Positions 57,728 to 64,000 of a DNA stretch of 64,000 nucleotides are shown piece after piece. Both the position numbers and the translations under genes were made by a program. The stretch is from the NCBI GenBank assembly GCA_965637545.1, contig OZ281501.1, forward strand, positions 18,600,001 to 18,664,000, written 5' to 3'. This DNA comes from Phallusia mammillata (lineage: Eukaryota). The notes under the pieces were generated by a model, which was given only the letters and a program-made list of their open reading frames with translations, was not told the DNA's origin and made no database searches. The stretch's first letter is position 1. Every line of letters begins with the position of its first letter.

Positions 57728-59037
57728 GCTGCAAAATACTTGCTCACTGAAGCGTGTCACTTAATTAAAACTCGCCGGTGCGTGACGTTTCTGGTCGCAG
57801 GTGACCAGAGGGAGCTTCATGAATATTTCAAATTCAAAGCAGGTCAACTGTTAAAAGTCTCAGATTGCTTTGCACCACGAATACAGCGACAGAAGGGGAC
57901 AGATAAACATACGAAACGGAGTTGCTAATTTAAATGTTTTGTAAAACAACGACAGCTGAGTTCTTTTTGTGGTGAATCTTCTTAAACGCGTGATTCTAAA
58001 ACTTGTTACGTCAGCGATTCGATCAAATGTTCATCCAAAACCGGTTTAGCCTCACCCCGTACTGCGAAATATAAATGAATATATTTTACTCATGTTTTTC
58101 ACTTTATTTCTTAAGCAAAACAGCTAATTGTATTACAAAACTGTATTAGCTGATGCAATAACTCGGTTGGCCATTGAATATGTTTATCCATAGCTTTTTT
58201 GGGACCAACGACACAGTTCGGAAAAATAATGATTAAACAAGCAAAACTTAGGACTTTATGCAGATCTTTATAAGCTCAAATCTTTTTCAAAAGCACGTTA
58301 CTTTTTTGTTATAAGTAGGTAATGCGGCTCGTTAAGTAAACAAAATGGTGCGTTTTGGTAAAGTCTGGCTGTTCACGAAAAGGCAAACAAGTTGACGATT
58401 CTTAGCGCTTAAAAATAATAAAATTCAACTGAAAATTAGCACTGTTAAATAAAACAAACCAAATTACAACTCTTAAAAATAGTTACTTTAAAATAGATAT
58501 TTGGATTTTAAAGAAGTTGTATGGAAAAGGTAAATCAAAATGTTCATGTGTAAACGACAACATGTGCTTTGTGTTTGAACATGGCCTAGTTTTACCAAAT
58601 AGTGGAAGCCTCGCTGATGCAGTTGCATATAGGTCATTCAACTGCTGAACATAATTATTATTGATCGTTTAGCTAAGATGAACCTGTGCACGTCTTGATC
58701 GAACTCAAAGTCAGAATTGCTCTTTTCCGCTTCACTCTTTCTATTAGGGCGCTCGGCTTAAATCAGAACAACAAACAAATTAGTGCAGTATGATTTCTAT
58801 GATTGACTTATTCAAATAGAACCGATATTTTAAAATGCTTCAAGAAACAATTTTGACATTATTTTGAAATGCTGGTTTTAACCAAGAATGCTTTTAAAAT
58901 GCTTTTAACATAGTTTTTCAAATCCTACATTTTTCAAATTTTACATAAATTTTAATAAATTATTTTAAAATGACGTCATAATTTTTCAGGGCTTGAACAA
59001 AATTTCCCTCCGAATGACGTAATCGGTTGGTGACGTC

Positions 59038-62000
59038 ATGTCAACACTCACCCTGTTGGAGGTCTTTTTCACCCCCCTCACGGAAGAGAAAATTCGAGAA
59101 CAGGAGAGGACCGTCGCGTTGACAAACGATAAACGAAGGAAGAAGACTTTCAAGGTCAGTCTGTGAAGGTCATCGAAAAATACATATTTTTTTCACGAGC
59201 TCGCCCATGCAGAAATTGTTTTGACAAACTTGTCTATGTTAAACGGATTAGGGTGGTTTGATGCCATAGTTCGTTGGCAGTTTGTTCGATAATACGATAT
59301 AACGTAGTGTGCTGGTAAGAAAACCTCCTACGCCATAATATATAATAATAATAATAGTGACAAACTTAACTTAATCGGTTTAGGTTAAATAACCAACGTT
59401 GCTGAAACGGAACAAAATAACTGAAAAAACAACCGTGAAATGTTAGTGCTGATTTATATAATTCTGCTTTGTTTGGGGTGCAGCCTAAAATATTTCGCAA
59501 GACATTGTTAAACTGTGATTATGTATTCGGCGGGATGCAGAAATTTGAAGTTAAGATTAAATTCGCAGTCGAGTTGTAAATTTGATTAAAACATAAAAAT
59601 ATGGAAACTTTTACAAAACCTTTCTTAAGAATATTCTGATATGTTTTAATAGCGTTTCAACACACTGTTAGGTAGATTGAATTAGTAAAAGGGGCCAATG
59701 AGTTTGATCAAAACTTTGTGTATTATGTTTTCTCTCGGTCATTGGCTTTAGAATCTTCGGTAGCTTGTTTGAACCGTTTATTTAAGTTTTTACCTTTTTT
59801 ATATGAAGGGTAGCACCTTTTTTAAATTAAGCATCACCACATATTTCACCATATGATAGAAGTTAGAATCATTATAGGCATAAACTATAGTGATTTACCA
59901 GTGTGGAATATTTCAATTTTGGAAAAAGTTGACTTTCAAGTCTAACTTGATGTTGTGTGGAAGGTCCTGCTTTCCTTCGAGTGCAGGCATCTACATAATG
60001 ACCTTTTAAAATATTTATGCGGCGTCTTTTAGCTTCTTTATCCGTCGATCGATGCCTAACTTCCTCATGTGCGTGCGCAACCCCCTTTATTTTGGGGTTC
60101 TTGACATTTCGCTTTGCCTTCATACGGGCTCGGGACGCTACACTCAATGCATTAGACCGGATTTGTACCCGTCCATAACCGATACCAGTCGAATCCCGGT
60201 ATTGCGCTGAAAAATTCGGGAAACTTTTCCCGAAAGCCACCCCCTTCGCCGCCTTGTCAATACTATTGATTTTCCGTGGAAACTCCTTCCTCTCATTCGA
60301 AGTTAGCCAAGTTAGAGTTCGCCTTCCTTGCTTCTTCTTTGTGTTTTGCTTCTGCTGTTTGTATTTGAGCAGCATCGAATGCAGAGCACACAAACAACGA
60401 AACTATCGACTTTTTCTTTATGCAACTAAAGCCACAATAACCTTTGTATTGTTTAGTAATGCTGCGTGTGCTTTCCAAACAAAACGTAATTTGCAAAACA
60501 ACTTTGGAACACTATATACAGATCTGTTCATGAGTTTAATGGTGAAAATAACGGCCCAAATAGACGTAAAAACCGACATGCTTTGCTGAAACGTTTGAAC
60601 AATAAAGCATGCCGCATTTGACGTCCATTTGGGCCGTTATTTTCACCATTAAATCCCTGTACCTTTCTTAACGAAAAATGTAGATTTTAAAGTAACGTTT
60701 GTGTCTGAGTTTGTTTAACGAACTATCGGTCAAATCTTAATCAATAAAATCAAGCTAGCGTTTCTCTCATCCTACTTATTATAATTTTTAGGAGGATGAG
60801 GCGGAGGAAGCATCAAAAAACTCTCACGCGACCTCTGACCTCGAGGCGGGGAAAACCCTACCCGAATACCTGCAAGGGGATGTCCCTGAAGATTATAAAT
60901 TCCGCCCTCTAGTGGACCCAGATCATTATTACGACGACAAAAATGTAAGTGATCAATTGTGAAACAAGAACTGCTGTGTTATAAACTACGTACGAGCATA
61001 TACTGGCAACTGTTGGTTGGGAAAGTTGAGCGATTTCAAGCATGGGGTTAATGTTCCCACAAAGGGCGCATGGGTTTTTCTGGGGTTCTTATGTTTATGT
61101 TGATAAAAATTTGTTTAATTTACTACATAACGTGTGAAAGCTCCATATCTAAGAACTACTTTTTTCATCATATTTTGCAAATGCTGTCTACTGCATTTTG
61201 TTAAACGTCCCAACCATAGACCATCAAAGCACATTCATATGAATTTACTTTGACGTCCGCAGACGTAGTGTCTTTATTATAGGATCTAGAACTGATCTGG
61301 TTAAGGCTTTTAATCTACTTTATTTTCCGAACAATCTTCTCTTTAAAGTTGTCGTTTAAAGAGGGCAGTACTAGACAGTTCTGTACATGTTTTTGTTTTA
61401 CCTTTTTACGCATGCACCCACCGTGTAACAGCCTTGAACCTGTTTCAAACCCTACAGACTGTGTTAAGTAATTACTTTCCACTTTGCATAAGTTGCCCAG
61501 CAAAAGGTTTAAGGAGAAAGCTTCTTATTAAACTTGTAGCTGCAGTTGATTGTTAGCTGTGATCAATAATTCATGGCGGACGGACTCGAAGCGCAAACTG
61601 CACCAGCAGCGCATTTGCAGGTCGAACACAATCTACTGTCGTTTACCTTGCAGACCTACATCGTATTGGATCAGAACTACAACATCTACCGGTTCAGCGC
61701 CACACGAGCGCTTTACTGTTTTGGACCACTCAGTTTTGTCAGGAGGATAGCAAACCGAGTCCTCGTTCATTCATATCCTTTGCTTCTTGTTTTTTTGTCT
61801 GATTAAATAAAATTTCTTTAGGATGAATAACTTTATGTTTTTCATGAACTGAATCAATGAGCATTAGGTTCATTATAGTCTTCATCCACCAAGCAACAAA
61901 CTAGGTTATTCTTGTTTAAATTGTGCAGTATTGTCCAATTGGACAGTTTTTTTTAACGTGCTGAAATGGCAATACCGAAAACAACGCTGTCTTTGGGCAG

Positions 62001-64000
62001 ACGAGTCATTATATTTGGATATATTAACACAATTTTCTAGGAAAATTTAGACATCGTTAAAAACTTACTCAAATAGAATAAGCTGGAAACAGTCATATTT
62101 ATGATTTCTATGCCATCATATTATGTGTTAATTTTTAACCTTTTGGATTTGGCTAGCTTCATAGTAATTTAATTTGAAAGGATTGATTTGTAAAAAAAAC
62201 TAAATTAAACGACTGCAGATAGGCGTTAAGGGTACGACGTATTTGTAAAGGTAAAGAAGTGCTCACCCACTGGAAAGACGACGATGCAACATAACATTAC
62301 CTGAATAAATAACCTTTTGCTGCCATGCAAAATGTATAAACGAGTATTTCTCTTTCAACAGTTTTTATTATATTTGTCTTGTCATTATCCTGATGAAGAC
62401 GTCTTGTATGGAAGACATCGACTATTTATAATAAAACTGTTGGAAGAGCAATACTGATTTACATAACATTACCTTGTGCAGAACTTTAAACGCCTTTTCG
62501 CGCTTTGGAAAACTTGAGTGGTAATGTGTGAACTCGAAGCTACTACGGATTTCACAGTAATCCACTTGTAACATTCAACCATTACCAGCTGGTAAACGCC
62601 TTTCCATTAAGTGACATGTCCGTCTCATAGGTCAGGACATTCCGTTGGTTGATCTGAGTCAGGTTTCACTTCCGGGATTTACCAGAAAATCGCAAATCAT
62701 CACGTTTGTGGCCACAAAAATATTTTTGGATTCAAATTATACGAAAATCAGTTAATTAAAACTTCTCAAGACTTTGAATACCATGACTATTTTTGGCTAT
62801 ATTTTCGCACTTGTATAATTTATTACTTTTTTAAGAATATAGTTGTTTATTTTTTACACTAAGCTTATATTAACGTTTTTTTTAATATCATGTACCATGG
62901 GTATTAAAAATTTGTGAGGATTAAATTTTGAACCAGATTGAATAAAAAAGCTTCCTTAACGTTAATTCGTGTCAGCACGCTTTTCAACAGCTTTATCATG
63001 CTTACCATTCTCGTCAACTGCTTCTTCATGACTCAAAACACATCCAACATGCCCTGGGTGAACAATTATGTCGAGTAAGTATTACATACAGTGAATGGTA
63101 TCGCCTAAAGTTATTCTGTGTTTATCGAAATGAGAAATTTTAAAAGATTAATAATAATGAATGCGTTGAAGTATTGATTGTGTGTATGTATTTTCGTCAT
63201 TTTGTATTGTTCCATTTTTTTGTATTTGTTCCTTTTTTAGCTTTTTTCTGGCTTAAATTGCTGAAAATTGTGCTGGTTAGAACAAAGGCAAGAAAAAGTG
63301 CAAAATATTGTTAAAAGTCACTCGTGTTTTATCGTTCTGGAAAACTAAACGATTTTTCATGCGAATAGGCTTGATTTTTGCAGACGCATTTTTCTTGGCA
63401 TCTACACGTTCGAGATGATTGTAAAAGTTTTGTCACGTGGTTTTATCTTGACCCACTTCACGTATATGAGAGATCCGTGGAACCTGCTGGATATCAGCGT
63501 CATAGCAACAGCGTAAGCGAACTGTGATGTTGTTTGTAAATAATTAAATATTTCTTGTTACTTTATAACACCAGACACCGACTTAAAGAGTGTGACATAG
63601 AAGTGACGTTAATATTAGTCGTATTTTCAACTTCAGAGAATTCACACAATCTATTTCCATTATCAGTAAAATAACGCAATTGGCTAGCATCTTTTTTTTG
63701 TTAAGTTACGTTTACAAATTTGAAGAAAAATGTTTGAATTTCGCGTGAGAATTTTTGCACATACGCAAATACCTCTATTAAGAAGTAAACATCTGCCGTT
63801 TTAAGATTTTTATCCTTTTTTGCTTCTGCAAACTTTTACAAATACCTCAGTACACTTGGTTTAGCTTTAAAACTGAACTGTATATATTCCTTTTCTTCTT
63901 CTTACTCTATACCTCCTCCTTTTCACATTTACCACAGTTTCTTCTCGGAACTTATTATAATTCTCGGTTTACAAGTGAGCAGTCTTACTGGTCTACGTGC
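59038..64000 (+). CDS. Voltage-gated sodium channel alpha subunit (Nav family), 5' part (N-terminus to domain I S4)
   Basis: Exons 59038-59154, 60792-60944, 61654-61772, 62979-63074, 63384-63512, 63938-64000 (continues beyond the window). [98 protein letters not shown]. Confidence 0.93.
60535..60653. repeat. Long inverted repeat (hairpin) in Nav intron 1
   Basis: TTTAATGGTGAAAATAACGGCCCAAAT (60535-60561) is the perfect reverse complement of 60627-60653; a further ~23 bp pair at 18/23 around a ~19-nt loop. Confidence 0.88.
61773..62978 (+). other. U12-type (minor spliceosome) AT-AC intron in the Nav gene
   Basis: 5' site ATATCCTTTG at 61773; branch TTCCTTAAC at 62952-62960; 3' CAC ending at 62978. 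Splicing restores ..VLVHS-LFNSF.. in frame. Confidence 0.93.
62303..62460 (+). mobile_element. Short TSD-flanked retro-insertion with a degenerate hammerhead core (Penelope-like remnant)
   Basis: 14-bp direct repeat ACATAACATTACCT at 62289-62302 and 62461-62474; inside, CTGATGA (62390), a stem-II-like hairpin, GACT in place of GAAA, and flanking inverted repeats at 62343-62369 / 62429-62455. Confidence 0.55.

Overview
Eukaryotic, AT-rich, gene-dense DNA with short introns, most likely an ascidian (tunicate); the taxon is inferred from the gene content. From left to right: (1) a 14-exon, ~865-aa gene fusing three MATH/TRAF-like domains and a coiled coil to a 2'-5'-oligoadenylate-synthetase (OAS)-like nucleotidyltransferase that keeps all three catalytic aspartates; (2) 375 bp downstream on the same strand, only the C-terminal B-box/RING/tandem-cysteine (RCR E3) module of MYCBP2/Highwire, with no upstream MYCBP2 exons in the preceding 9 kb; (3) an intronless TOP6BL-like gene head-to-head with a spliced DUF1349 gene; (4) four tandem secreted Ly6/three-finger-Sushi-VWA genes with mosaic homogenisation, the fourth of which has lost its Ly6 module; (5) three tandem minus-strand Sulfotransfer_4-type genes; (6) NDUFS1, with a hammerhead-ribozyme motif in one intron; (7) ~10 kb of non-coding DNA rich in CRE motifs; (8) the 5' end of a voltage-gated Na+ channel alpha subunit carrying a U12-type AT-AC intron. 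Several hAT-type MITEs with 8-bp TSDs and a tRNA-derived SINE are also present. All gene models were assembled by hand from splice sites and reading-frame phase; no database searches were run. The strongest candidate for an undescribed system is the MATH-OAS fusion together with the adjacent orphan RCR E3 module.
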